64,000 bases of DNA from Zygnema circumcarinatum SAG 698-1b (Eukaryota; Plantae; Zygnematophyceae), in assembly GCA_037447605.1 (NCBI GenBank), contig CM074815.1, positions 930,001 to 994,000 of the forward strand, given 5' to 3'. A program made the position numbers and the translations under genes. This document shows positions 1 to 16,631 of the stretch, one piece after another. The notes under the pieces were generated by a model that saw only the letters and a program-made list of their open reading frames with translations, did not search any database and was not told the origin of the DNA. Position 1 is the stretch's first letter. Each line of letters begins with the position of its first letter.

Positions 1-464
1 TGCCTTTGTTTGGAAGACTGGTAAGGACGTTCATTACTTTCCGCATAAGTAAAGCATAAAAACATGAAGTTACATAAACATGGTGCATGCCTTACTTTTG
101 CAGGTACAATACCCACTTGACACTGAGGAATTCAACATCGTGAATGATTCTAAGACTATTCCCGCCGCTTTCTTATAAAGAAATGAAAAGGAGATTTAGG
201 TACAAAAGCGCAAGGAAAAGAGGAAAAAATTGTGAACACAGGAGCTCCAAAAATGCCCGATATTTGTTCCTTCTCAAACAGCCGAGCAACGTTCGCCGAA
301 TCAGCTTGCATACAAGAACGTATGACTCTTTTGTCAAACTTCAGTTCCAGGGGTTTCAAATTCAACAGACTGCCTCTACCCGCATGTATTTCTGCTCACC
401 TTATCATGCCAGATAAATTCTTCGATGAGCGCAAGAGAGACACAGGCGAGGGAGGGAGGGAGGG

Positions 465-3556
<3,092 letters not shown>

Positions 3557-3570
3557 AGAACTCAAATTAC

Positions 3571-4287
3571 CTCTCCTAGAAGCTCCTGATCGAACTCCTC
3601 GGGTCCCAACCCCGCCCCAGCAGTCGGCATTTCACACTGAATTCTCAGCTTCCCTTCTTCGTCCACGTTCACAGCAACGCGCGAAACTCCTGTTCGCAAT
3701 CTCTCATCGACGATGACGCCATCCGTCATCACGAAGTTGTCAGAAAGCGAGTCCATCAAATGCTCGCCGGTTGCATCATTCCCGAGCTTCCCCATAAAGC
3801 CCACTCTCCCATTCAAGCGCCCTAGCGCAATGGCGACGTTGGAAGAGGGTCCGCCAGGGGTTCTTGCAAACTCTGGAGGGCTCCATTGAACGCTTTTCCA
3901 TGTGCTGATGATTTCAGGCGTGTCCTGACGGGGTTCAGAGTTCACTCGCACACAGGGAACGAATTCATTCAACGCTTCACCGAAGCATACGATTAGGGGA
4001 GGTCTCTGCAGCGTTTCTGCAGCTTGCACATGTCCTTCAGCAGCCAGGCTAGCCCTAATTTGCGTTCTAACTCTGATTTGTGTTCGCGGTGGAACCCTAA
4101 TTTGTGACGCACTCTTTAATCTGTTCCCGAATACACGCCGCAAGAACCTGCGGTTGCTATTAGATGTTTCTAAATGCAAAAAGTTATAAATGGGAGTTAC
4201 CTTTTGTTGGACTGTTACCCTAAAAAAGGAAGGGGCTGTCTGCATCTGCGACAGCGGCAGGCAAGCTCTGCTGCTCAACATGTCCAT
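3571..4287 (-). CDS. FLN2: Fructokinase-like protein 2 (plastid pfkB family), first exon; downstream exons not resolved in this window
   Basis: [20 protein letters not shown]...[40 protein letters not shown] matches the recalled FLN2 signature (PPLVCCFG...EFVPVVRV...QWDPPEFGRAPGGPPSNVAI). The Ser/Arg-rich N-terminus looks like a transit peptide. Donor GTAATT at 3570; start ATG taken at 4287. Confidence 0.85.
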
Positions 4288-4442
4288 ATATTCCAATTCA
4301 GCGTTCCTTCCTTCCGATACCTCTCCTTCTTGCTCAGCCGTCCATGGCTGCCCCCCCTCAGGCCTCCCCACCTTGCCTCCCTCCGCCGTCTACTTGCCTT
4401 CGTCCGCTTCTCTTTTAGTCAAGCAGACCAATCGACGTGAGC

Positions 4443-4499
4443 CACGTGTACCATATTGCAAAATATGGCTAACATCCACTAATGGGAATGTGCCACGTG
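4443..4499. promoter_or_regulatory. Two G-boxes (CACGTG) upstream of FLN2
   Basis: CACGTG at 4443-4448 and 4494-4499, about 155-210 bp upstream of the FLN2 ATG. Function is inferred. Confidence 0.4.
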
Positions 4500-4704
4500 T
4501 AAAAATGTACTCGTGGCATACCCTTATTGGACGATGTCGGGCTATTGCAGCCCGCAAATTGGAGAGGGCGCGCCACTTTGGCGGCTTCCCGGACCCCGCC
4601 GCTCTTTCGTGGTTCTGGCCGTACGGAATTTTGAGAGGCCGTACACATACGGTCTGGGTTTGCCGTACTGTACTGTACCAGTGCTTGTCTCAGGAGAACA
4701 GAAT

Positions 4705-5609
4705 GGGTAACTCTACTGCACCCCCGCGTTTTGTCTTTCGCACCCCCGTTTTGAAAATTTTGCCTGCCCGTTTTGGTTACCCCCCAGTTTTGAATATTTC
4801 GGGAAAAAATCTTTTTCCCGCCCCTTTCGTCCCGTCCTCTGGCTCCTGTTGCGAAACGCTATATAATTAAATGTATGGTCGACCATTTACATCCGCGGTT
4901 GCCTTTTAACGGTAAAGTTTATGGGTTGGTACCGGGAGAGTACCGACTTCGGACCTTATAGGAAGCTTGTTGGTTTCATTCCCACTCCCTTCATTGTTTT
5001 TTGGACATTCCATCCCCTCGTTTTCTCCTTTTCACTATTGACTTCCAACAATGTGCGACAAAAGAAAAGGGGATTTGCATTGGTCTCAAGATGGTGAGGC
5101 CATCAAATAAACATGGACAAAGTCAACATGGGAACCACAAGAAATTAGTCGCAAATGAAACAAGAACAAAAAAAAAAAACTAGGAACAAAAAACTAAACT
5201 AAACTAAGCTTAAGTACAAAAACGCAACCTTAAACGCAACTGCAAAGGTCACCAATGTTGGGCAACTGTTGCTCTCTGTTTTCAGGTTACCCCTAATTAA
5301 GGCAAGATCTTAAATTGTGGCCTGCTTGCTTGCAATTGCAACATTTTTTCCCTTGAACGTACTCGAAATAGCTCTTGTCCCGGCTGATTGCCAAACTGCG
5401 CGCGCCAGAAGGTCGACCTCGTTCCTTCATAACCGGGTGAAGGTTTTGCAACCGCAATGGTTCGAGGGGGGGCAGCGGAGGGGACGAAAGGGGCGGGAAA
5501 AAGATTTTTTCCCGAAATATTCAAAACTGGGGGGTAACCAAAACGGGCAGGCAAAATTTTCAAAACGGGGGTGCGAAAGACAAAACGCGGGGGTGCAGTA
5601 AAGTTACCC
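4705..5609. mobile_element. Non-autonomous Mutator-like (MULE/MITE) DNA transposon, complete
   Basis: ~129-bp near-perfect TIRs (GGGTAACTCTACTGCACCCCCGCG... / ...CGCGGGGGTGCAGTAAAGTTACCC). Exact 9-bp TSD GAACAGAAT at 4696-4704 and 5610-5618. No convincing coding ORF inside. Confidence 0.9.
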
Positions 5610-5617
5610 GAACAGAA

Positions 5618-5657
5618 TACTGTACAGTACTGTACAGTACAGTACAGTACTGTACAG
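5618..5657. repeat. Mixed-orientation (TACAG/TACTG)8 pentamer run
   Basis: Reads TA-CTG-TA-CAG-TA-CTG-TA-CAG-TA-CAG-TA-CAG-TA-CTG-TA-CAG. Confidence 0.85.
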
Positions 5658-8003
5658 TGTAGGATTCATACCGTACATACCATACCGTACGACTATTGTA
5701 CGGTTCCTGTACAGTAGCCGTACGCGTCGTATGTTTGAAACAATGCTCAGTTCGATCTTTTTTTTGTAGGAATCTGTACGGAACGGCTTTTCTGTACGGA
5801 TAATATGGCGCGGAGGAAAATTGTCGGTTGGCCAGTTTATTTTTGTCGTTTTATGCCGCCCGGGCTGCAAGAGTTGCGTAGAATCTACGCCACCAAGTTT
5901 CATGATTGGACGAGCTTGGATTGCTCGAACACGTATTGGATTGGAGAAGGTTTCAGCGAATAGAAACGTGACACGTAAGAGAATCAAATGTCTCCGACCA
6001 GTGAGAATCGTTGGAATGAATTGTAGTGATAAAATAAATAGCCAGTACTGCTTGGCCGCACATTCCTCGGAAAGAAGTTTGACCGAAACGGATTGGCCTC
6101 ATGGAACCGCCTCCGCTCCTCGCGACGGGAGCGATGGATTTCGACCGTCCGATAGATCCATTTGGACGGTCGAGATGACGCCAAGCGCCAATGGCGGTGT
6201 GACATCCCTGGTCTGCTCTCGAGCCGACACGCGTCCATGCGACAAACCAACGACGGTGACAGGCCCGGACCTGCCCCAACCGTTGCCGGACGCTTCCTCG
6301 AAAATCCCGTCGACATTTCTTTTTTATTGACGACCCTGCCCGGAGGCATATATTTGTAAAATATATTCTGGTATTATTGGCTCTGGACTCGTACAGGTAC
6401 GGCGGTACGGGGAATTCAAAAAAATAGGAGTGACGTGGCAGTCAACAGCCCCGCGACGCGCGTGTCGTGGCCGAGGCCCACTATTGGCCAAGACTCGCAG
6501 GTGCGGTCCCGGGCAACGACGGCTGCCCGAAAACACAGGCGCGCTCTTGAAGGCGGGATCTTTGGGCAATCCGTGCGGATCCGGTTCGTGTCGGTGCCAA
6601 TGTGAACGTCCACCCCACCTATCCACCGGTCGTTCTCGCAAACCGGGCCCTGCAGGCGGCCACGTGGCTTCATCTGCCGCACATGTACGGCCTGTACGGA
6701 CATTCTGGGGTAAGCGGACGGCCAAGATTCGCCGGGCCACAATCTCTCGCGTCTGATTGGCTGAAAAATTCGACAAACGGGGAGGCGTCTCACTCCCAAA
6801 TTTTGGGTCGGCGAGGGCACATGGGCCGGGGCTCCTGAGGGCGGGGGCCCTCCGCCAACCCCCCGGATAGCGGCGAATCCCCGGCGGCCAGCGCCCTTTG
6901 TCGAGCCGCAACCTTGGCTTCTGATTGGACGGCGTCCTCTTGCACCAAAACCCATTAGGAAGCAAGGGGGAAGCGTGTACCGTTCCCCCTCTTTACTCAC
7001 CGGCACATGTTTAACGAAAAGTGACAGGGACCAAGCATCTGCTTCCCGTTCCCCCGTTCCGCCGGCCCATGCTGCGGGCCAACGCTTGGCCGCCTGTGTC
7101 AGTCAAAAGTTTTTCCTCGTTCAAACTAAAACTTAAAGCCAGAAAAAAAAAGAAAAAGGCGCGGCGCCCGGCGCCCGGCGCAGCCACCAAATCCTGAGCC
7201 GAAAAGTTTTAGCCTTCCGAAGGAGGGCGACCGTCCGGGCAGCCCCCGAAAGCTTTTGCCCCCCCGACCCGACCAATCAGCGGCCTCCCTTTCAGCGCGC
7301 CGCAACGAGCTCACCACGTGTCCCCCGTCCCTAGATATCTCTCGCTCTGGGCCCCTCCCTACCGTCGATCATTTGACCCCTACTCCAATCCGACGGCTCC
7401 GAATTTTCGGGTCCAGATCTCGCCAGCTTGGGGCTGACTCACCACCTCCCTGTCCCCACTCCAGCCGGAAAGTTTCTTCCTGTCCGACTACTCGGGCAGA
7501 AAAACTGTTCCGCGGGCCCCCCCCGGAAAGGCGCACAAAAATTGGCCGGCGGCTCTCGGCCAATGAGCGCGCGGCACTGCGATGCTCTTTCCTGGAGATT
7601 TGGGCGCCTCTCATTGGCTGGCGGCTCCCAGCCAATCAGCACCTCCCACTCCCTCTCTGCCGACTCTCGCCCTCCCCGCCCGCTCCCCCTCTCTCTCGCT
7701 CGCTCTCCCTCGCGCTCTCTCTCTCTCTTTCTCCCCCTCTCCCTCCCTCCATCCTTCCTCTCTCTACAACACCCGGACTTAGGGAGTCAGGCTTTTATGA
7801 AGCAGGCAGAAGGCTCCCGCTAAGAACTAGAAGGAGATATTTCAGAGAGAGAGCGAGGCAAGAAGTGTGTAACATGTGTGTTGAGAGATACCCGTCGTGC
7901 GGCATCACAGCAGCTGACCTCAGGTTGCGCAGGTGCTTGAGATTGAGATGCATGCCTAATCCATTTTAGGGTTTCTTGGAACTGAAATCTGGTGCGGTTA
8001 GGC

Positions 8004-11000
8004 ATGGAACGCGGCCGGGAGGCCCGTCGCGGAGGGATTGGAGGTCTTGTAGCAGCCCCCCGCCGCCCGCGCACAGCGGGCTTGAAAGACATGTCGCATG
8101 CAGGTACCGGCTTCGTTTTAGGGTTCTCAATACCTGCAAGAACAGTTAGTTGCAGGCTATTTCTGCAACTCCTCTGCATGCAGGATATTTTTTTTCGGGA
8201 CTGCAGACCTAAGTTACAAGGGAAGCTCCTTCTCTCCGTAGTAACAGCTTTAGGTTGCTGATCGTTTCTCCGTCAGGATTCGACCTTCTCTGCTAATTCT
8301 GGAAGAAAAGCCGTTTAGGAGACATTGAAATCTGGAAGGAAAATTGCGGAAGTTTGCTCGATGAGCATGTTTCCTGTTCATTGTGCAAGATGTTGCTACA
8401 TGGAGTCTTGTGTGCACCTGGTTGTCCTTGGAGAGAGCTCCCTCTTGTATTACGTGAAGCAGGTGCTAAGCAAGGCGCCTTGCACGAGTCTCTGACCCCT
8501 GAAAGGACATGTGACAAGTTCTTATGAATAACCATGCCATGGTGTACAGCTGCAGATGAAGAGGACTCCATGGAAGAGGCACAAAATTCGAGGTTCCGTG
8601 ATCGATTGAAGAAAGATGGAGTTTCGGGTGCGGGAGCAAGTGTTGGAGGCCCACTATCAAGTGGTCCGCGAAATAAGAGAAAGAGGCCGAGCCCGACTGA
8701 AAACATGAGGCCCAGCAATGCGGAGGAGCTGGAGGAGGAGGAGGAGGTGGCAGAGTCTGCACGTTCGGAGGAGGAGGAAATGACTCCTTCAGTTAAAAGG
8801 AAGCCGGGAAAGCCGCGGTTTTCGATGTCGAAGGTCGGAGGACGTTTGCAGTATTGCCCGGCTTGCAAGTTCATTGATCCAGTGCTGTTTTTCAATGAAT
8901 ACATGTGCTTGGAAGGGGGCTTTAGGCTGATGTATTTGGTACTATTGTTTGTCTGCACAGGAAGATGAGTGCATGGGATCTCTTCCCGCTGTTCCCAGGA
9001 AAGCGCGAACTGGTGAGGATTTTGTAGGGCGTGTTACGACTGGCTCGTCTATTGCTAGATGCCTGATTGCTGAATCTCTACCAACGCACTTATCTTCATT
9101 GCAAATGCCCAGCTCAAGTGTGGGAGGGCTCGTCAGAAGAAGATCAAGCCCTCAATCACCTGTCGTGGTCTTTTCTTCATTCCCAGACCTTCATAGATTA
9201 TTTTCTATCATTCACGAGGGAGCTCTTCCGCCCTTCTCTTCTGGGAGAGAGAGTGAGGGATTGTTTTCACTGAAGCTGTGTATCTTGGGGGATGCTCATA
9301 TGTCACAGCTGTCGTCAAACGACCGCAAGAGAGCTCGTCCCCTGTTTGTGCCGATACAATTCTACCAGCCAAGACTGATACAAAAGTTGAAGCTCGTGGA
9401 AGCAATGCCAACATTGTGCTCTCAGCCACTTCCAAATCCCCTTCGCACTCTTCGCCGGTTTCTGCTAGTCCAAGTGCTCCGAACCCGAGCAGTGGGACTG
9501 GAAATGGAGGCCTCTCCTCGGCTGTATCTCAGGGAACTGCAGCCAAGACCAGCAGACGTCTGGTGGGTGTTGTGAGAGCGCCAGCATCGTATTTTAATTT
9601 GGTTCTTATGAGCTTGTAACTCATGGTTAGTCAAGTGTCTTGTAAGCTAACAATGGGACTGTTTGGTTTGTGGATAGCAGAAGCCATCTGGTCGACCTCG
9701 AGCGCCAAAAACACCGAAAGTAAGTTTATGTGCATTAGGTGAACGAATTATTTTTTACAAAGGCGCTACATGTGCATGAGATGTATGTTTCGGACTGAGA
9801 GAATTTTAACTCTCAGTCAATTTTGGAGGAGCTGTTGACAAGCGCGAGTCCTGCCTAGGTTTGCTGGATAGCATGTAGAGCGATTATCATTGTGGACCTC
9901 CCTTCCTTTCGGGCAAACAGTGAGGAGGAGAAGGGGCGCGAATATTCACCGATGGTGAAGCAGAATGGGGCTTTCCTGGCTTACAGCAACTAGGCATGGG
10001 AGGCTGAGGGATGCTATATGTTCCTGGGGTAGGGGTGGTGTTGAGCGGGGGATAGTATGGAGATGGCATTTCAGTTGAGTGGAACTAGTGCACGAGAAGG
10101 AAAAGGTACAGCGAAGAATCATAGCTGAATCCAAAGTACTACAATGATAAAGAACACTCAGAAATCAGCCGTGCTGACCTATTCCCACTTTGTCATAGAC
10201 ACTTCTTTCATCATTGACAAAGTCTCTTGTTTCTGGGGGTGTTGATCAGCCTTCCCTTCATCCACAGATTTCTGAGCAAGAAGTGGAGGTTGCAGCAGCG
10301 TTGTTTGACCTGGCGAACCTGTTCATGAATCATAGCACTCCTCCTTCTCCTCCTCGGTCCGCACCTGCAGAGGAAAAGGCGGAGCTGCGAGATTCTAGAG
10401 CAGAAGCCAAGCAGGACATGAAGCACGATGCCAAGGGAGAGGCGAAAGGGGACTCGAAAGTGGATACACGGCCACAGGCAGGATCTCCGGGCTCGCAAGC
10501 TGGGGGAGCTGCAGCTACAGGTATGTTTCTGTATTCCTGGACGATACTTCAAGGGAAGTTGGAGCAGATCTGGCAAGTGCTGTTAGAGTTTGGACAACAG
10601 GTGTCTTTTCAAAACGAGAAACTCGATGCATTAACTATAGTTTGCATGATCAATCACCCTATCAGATAGATGCCAGTGTGGACACTTCATGACTCAATGC
10701 TGGCCCGTGGATGTGTCAACCAAGGATTTACAAATCAGTGTCTAAAGTAGAGCAGATGGGGGTGGGGGGCGCCGGAAAAGTGATAGAGAGAGAGAGGAGA
10801 GAGAGAAAAAGAGAAAAAGAGAGAGAGAGAGAGAGGGAGAGAGAGAGAGATTGAGAGTGTGTGAGAGAGTGAGAGATTGAGAGTGTGTGAGAGAGAGAGA
10901 TTGAGAGTGTGTGTGAGAGAGAATGAGAGTGAGAGAGAGAGAGTGAGAGGCCTTGTTTATTTGCGGACCATTTTGGATGCAAGGGCAATAGGACCTTGTA

Positions 11001-14000
11001 TAGCAATGGAGCACGTGGTAGACTCTAAGACAAACTTAGGCCTGTAAGCGGAAGTTATTAGAAGATTCACACAAAGTTTAGTCGTTGTTTTGAAATCATA
11101 CTTCAGGAGGATGAAGGTATCCAGGGGAGTTTTTTTCCGCCGTCCCTCAGTAAAGCTTTTGGGCACTATGGGGTTTTGTCCGGCCTCCCCATAGTATCAA
11201 TGAAAGCGAATGTCTACTACATTCATGAAGTTCAGGCTGGACTGTTCTAATGGCTGTGGTTATCTTTTTCAGAAGTTGTTAAAATTCATGGTTTGAGGAA
11301 CGTTGAGTTTGGAGAATCTGCATTGATATTTTATCTAGGAGAGGTAGCTTAGAGGGCCAGAGCAGAGGAAGCTCAGCTCGCCTGAGAATGGCTTGGTTGT
11401 CGAGGGTAAAGTGTATATTACTGGATGTGTCTTTACTGGTCGTGGGATTTGCAATTATCATACCTGGAGGGTGCTCGGAGTGAGAGTGTTTCCAGGACAT
11501 CCGATTCACTTTGCATCACCCCATGCAGCACTAAAACAGAAGGTTGTCGTGAAGTGTCGTGACACTCGCTACATGCAACAATCTGGCAGTAATCATCTAC
11601 AGAAATTGAGTTGTATATACGCGAGTAAGGGGCATTTTAGTGTGTAGTGTTAGATGTACAGCAAGTCGACAGAAATCTGTTGCAGCATATGTGGGGCTAG
11701 GTTGTCCTTTTGTGTGTGTTTCTTAGCCAAGCTACGCGTTTCTAATGTCCGATGACTATCCGACAAGACTGTAGCTAGCTGCTAGTGATGGACAGTTTTG
11801 AGGCCCTCTTACCTGCAGAGGGGAACTCACTTGAGCTTGTCGATTGTTGCGGATGTTGCAGCTCCTCCTAAACGGAAACGACCACGAGCTCGACCGCGTC
11901 ATGAAGAAGGAAGCGTGAATAGACCCCTCCCTAGCTCCCCTATTACCCATGCAGCTAGTGGGACGGGGAATCTGTATGAGTCAGAAGCCCAAGCAGAGAA
12001 ATCGAATGCAGATTTTGCAGTCTTGAAGGCTGCAGATGCTGCGGTGGAACAAGGCGCAGCTGCTAGTGCTATGCTTGCTTCATTTCCTGCGTCGATTCAG
12101 GAAAGTTTCAAGCAGGGAACTGAGATACCACCAGAACAAGTGCAGACGCCAGTACCGTCTGCAGCAGGAGGCCCTCGCCACACAGCAAGTGAGAAGCGGG
12201 CAGCTGCTGCAGAGAGGAAGGCAGCAAAAGCAGCTGCAGCCACGGAAGGAATGGGCTTAACTACTGGAACACTGTCTGAGAAGAAAATTAAGATAGAAAC
12301 TGTGGCTCCTGGCCACCAGCAGATGGATAAGCGAATCTCCATGGCAGGAGGTGCTGCTATGAGGGAGAGTCAGACTAAAAGTTCAACGGCAGAGGGAGAG
12401 GTGGCTATTCACAAACGAGAAATGGTTGCTGCGCTAACAGAAAATAGCAAGCGGTGGGTCCACAACCTTGGGTATGACTGTCCCTGTCTGATCTTCACGT
12501 TTTGTGCTCTGATGCCATCATCTTTACTGTTGGCCCGTGTGATTTTTTTTGTTCCTACGTCTTGTGGAGAGCTTTCCCTGTTGAAAGCATCAGTGCTCGG
12601 AAGACAGCACGGGGAAGTATGAAGGCTTTCTTTTGAAAATTCCTTTAGTGGTAATGATTTGCTTTGCATTTCTTTTGGCCTCTGATGGAAGGTTTCTGGT
12701 TTTTGCAGACCGAGAGTGTCAATTGCAACAACCGTCGAGCCAGTAAGGCCTGTGAAATTGGAGTTGGATCTTATGGTAAGTCTGCTGTACGGCCTTTGGG
12801 CGGCCTATGAGTTTGCTGTAGGCGTTTAATGAAAGTCTGGCACTTCTGTGCCCCTCCCATACTGAGATTTGTAACTAAGACACACAGGACTATGGTAAGA
12901 GTCAGCGGAGTCGTACTGTCTGTTTTCTCCAGGTTGAAATGACAATGCTCAACTGCATGGCTTGAGAGTTAGTAAATATCAGTGGAAAGAAGCGTTGTTT
13001 TACCGAATAATCAGTGGATCCTTGACTTTCTATTTTCCAGGTTCCTCCTCCAAAGCTTCCTTCTTCAATTACGGCTACTGAGAGTCTTCCACAGAAGGAT
13101 GAAGTGGGGACATCTCCTCCTCAGCAATTGAGTACCGACAAGAAGGTAAGAGTTTGGGGTGTTCTGACTTGTCAAGTTGGGAAGTGTTTGACACGAAAGT
13201 TCAATGTGAGCATTGTTTGGTCATGGATACACGTCCTTCCGAGCAGTTCACACAAAAGTGTGCAGTATGGTCCGACATTTACGGGGGTTTGAACAAGTGA
13301 TGGTAACTGTGAAGGCTATGGCTAGAGCTACTCGACTCTCCACAAATGGTTTCCATTAGTAGTCCTATTTATAATGAAACATTTTGAGCTGGATGACTCG
13401 GGCTTGTGCGTCAGGTTTATTTTGGGTTTGCAAGTTCGTTATAGGATGAGCGAATTGCTTGCATTGAAAGTCAACCATAAGTCAAGTTCTATGAGGTCAC
13501 TAAGCCAAGGTATAGGCGCCCATAGTCAGTCAGACCTCTGTCTGCAAAGCGTGATCTTCCTTCCTTCTTTCTTTGTGAAACTTTTGCCTGCTTCTTTCTG
13601 CAGATGGATGCAACCTTATCAGCTGCATCAGAGGTTCCCTGGTTGGAAAGGGAAAAGGCGAAATTGCGAGAATTGCGGGTCGCCCTCCCCCAGGCAGTCT
13701 CTGCAGAGAAGCAGTTGATGCATTCTCATGATGGAGGTCCGGTTCGGCATGATCAAAAGCCACTTCCTGACCAAGACAAGGTCAAAGAGGAAAGAGGACA
13801 GAGGGAGCATGAAGGAGAGACTGTTCAGGAGAAAGAGAGACAGCGAGAAACCGGGGGGGAGAAGGAGAGTGCTCGAGAGCCTGTTTCTAGAGATAGCCAG
13901 CGGGACGCAGCCAAAGAGAGATCAAGAGATAGAGAGAGGGAAAAGGAGAGGGAAAGAGAAAAGGAAAGGGAGAAGGACAGGGAGAGAGAAAAGGAAAGAG

Positions 14001-16599
14001 AAAAGGAAAGAGATAAAGAGAGGGACAAAGAAGTGATTCGAGAGCGAATTGAGAGAAGTGAGCGAGAGCAGGCTGCAAAAAGTTTGACTCCGAGAGTAAG
14101 CAAGGCAGCCAAAAACGACTTCAGGATGCAGCCCAAAACTGAAAGAACAGGTGAGTAGTTGAAGGATGCTCGCTCGCCGTAGGGTTCAAAGCGCTTTTTC
14201 ACTTAATTGGTCCACTTTAGTTGCATTCTGGTTGGGTGTGTACCTCGGGGCGATTGCCACATTCTAACTTATGCTAGCTTGTGTAAATTCAATTCGGAAT
14301 TGATATGTGAAGGGCGTTTTGTTTGGGCTGCAGCAGTGGCTTCTTCGGCTGCTACCTCCACGACATCTGCCTCGGGACCCACTTTTGCTCAAACTCTTAC
14401 TGCGACTTCGGGTTCGGGCTCTACGGCTACTGCAACTGCTGCAGGGGCACTTCCTATGTCCATGGCAGCCTGGGGAGGGGGGCTTCCTCCTATCGGGTAA
14501 GGCTCCAACCTTTTACCAACTGTTTTTCTCTTCTAGAGTGCTGATTTGATAATGTATTCTATGGGTAAGGAGTCTTGAATTGAAATGCCATTTCCGTTTA
14601 TTTGAATGTTTGCAGATACTATCCTCCGGCTGTTGCTGCAGCTACAGCAGCTGCTTGGCCGCCTGCGGCAGCCATTACACCTTCCTCAAGTACTCCTGCA
14701 CGCGAGGAATCAACTGCAGGAGCTACGCAGGTATTGTTCATACTTACCTTGTTCAGACATTAGGGATCGTAGTCCACTACTGCGGCGTCGTTGTGGAATA
14801 CAGTATTGAAACCAAAAGTTACTTGTTGGTATTTAAGAAATCAGATATTCTCAAGTACAAGAAGAATGTGGCTGACTAGCTTGTGCATGTGAGCATACAA
14901 CCGACATGCTCCAAACCTCAAAGATGTGACAAGGCTAGTGATGCCTTTGGTGTGTTCACCAAATTACTGTCGTAGGTAATCTTTCTATGGAGGCAGAAAG
15001 CTCAGGACAAAGCTATAGGCTCATGGATATACCATGTCTGTTCTTGATTTCATTAGGTTGTTGCTAACAAATTCACCCGGGAAGCGTCACTCTTTCTCCA
15101 AAACATGCTATCAGCTTGTGTGTGTTTTCATTCGCTAGAACGGAAGGCTTCACACCTTGAGTGCTTGCACTAAGCAAGAAAACGATGTTTCGATCATAGT
15201 TGGCAGGTTTGTAAAGCAAGATTTGTCGACGAAGACTACAATGATTCGTTTCTTGTAACTTTCCGGCCCTTACACGTAAGCTATATCCAATGTCTGCAGA
15301 TGCCGTCCTACATGACACCTCCCCGCCGATCCTGGAAGCGTTGTGCGTCTCATGTGTACATCGCTCACTTCATTGATTACCAGCAGCAGATGAATCGCCA
15401 TACCTTTTACTCCACTCATTATCCAGGATTCGGGGGAAGCAAAGGTTATAATTTGAATGTCCCCAATCCCCCAGGGGATAGCCTCTTTGGAAGCAGTGCA
15501 GCAGCCTCGGGGGCTTCATTGGGAAGTGGTGCTGCCGGGACTGCTACCGACAGGGGGGGCGCAGCTGCTTTGTTGAATCTTGGAGCAGCTTCGCACGTGG
15601 AGAGAGGGTTGGCTGCATCAGAGAGGTCCCATAACGTTGGTCCTTCTGTGGCAACATCGGGAAAGGAGCGTGCAAGCTCTTTGCTGAGTGATGCGATGCG
15701 CAAAACGTCTACTCTGCAGAGTCAGCAGGGTCATGCACCTCCACAGCAGCAGCAAGGGTCGCCTCTTCAGCAACAACTGCAGGTGCGTGAGATGTACCAA
15801 TCGGTTTTTCTTTTTATTGCGTGTAGGGAGTTAATTCAAAATCAACTCCCTTAAATAGTTCACTCACCACTTAAGTAGGGCTCTTTGCTCATAATTTTTG
15901 GATGCCCCTACTTGTCCAAGTCCACCATTGTCGAGTTATGGTGTAGCGACATAAATGGGCGATGTCCGAGTTGTTGAACCAGCAAAAAGCCCTGATAAGT
16001 GAAGAATCTTATTTGGGAGCGTGGGTATGTGAAAATGAGGGTGGCAGACTGCACATCAGTACAGCTTCAACTCACAGCAAGGAGGAGCAGGCATTGGAGG
16101 GGGTGCATCATCATCGCTTGCACATTCTGTTGGAGGGGGAGGTGGTGGGAGTTCAGCAGGGGGTCCTGCAGCAAGTGGGGTGGGGCCCACAGGCTCACCA
16201 GCAGGGGGTTCTGCACAGGCGCAGCTATTCACCTCCCCATTGGCTATGATGGGGGGGGGGGGCTTTCCTTTTGGAAGCTTTCCGGGGGCTCACTTTGCTC
16301 ATCCTCCTTTCAACGGACCTCCAGGTCATCTGGGCTCTCAGCAAGTAAGTATACTATGGCCGCTGTTATTCCATTTCTTTCTTAGAATTCGTTGTGGTAT
16401 GAATGAATGAATGAATGAATGAATGAATGCCTGCAAGAGCAGGATTTGCGAGGCTTAACTTTAGTCCTTTTGGAGTCCAGACCTGCGTGTATTTTGATGG
16501 TTTTGGAACTGTGTGATGCAGGCTGCTCAATTTTTCACCAGCAGCCCTTTTTACGCTGCAAACATGCACCCTCACCTTGTACATCCTCCGCCATCTCCC

Positions 16600-16631
<32 letters not shown>

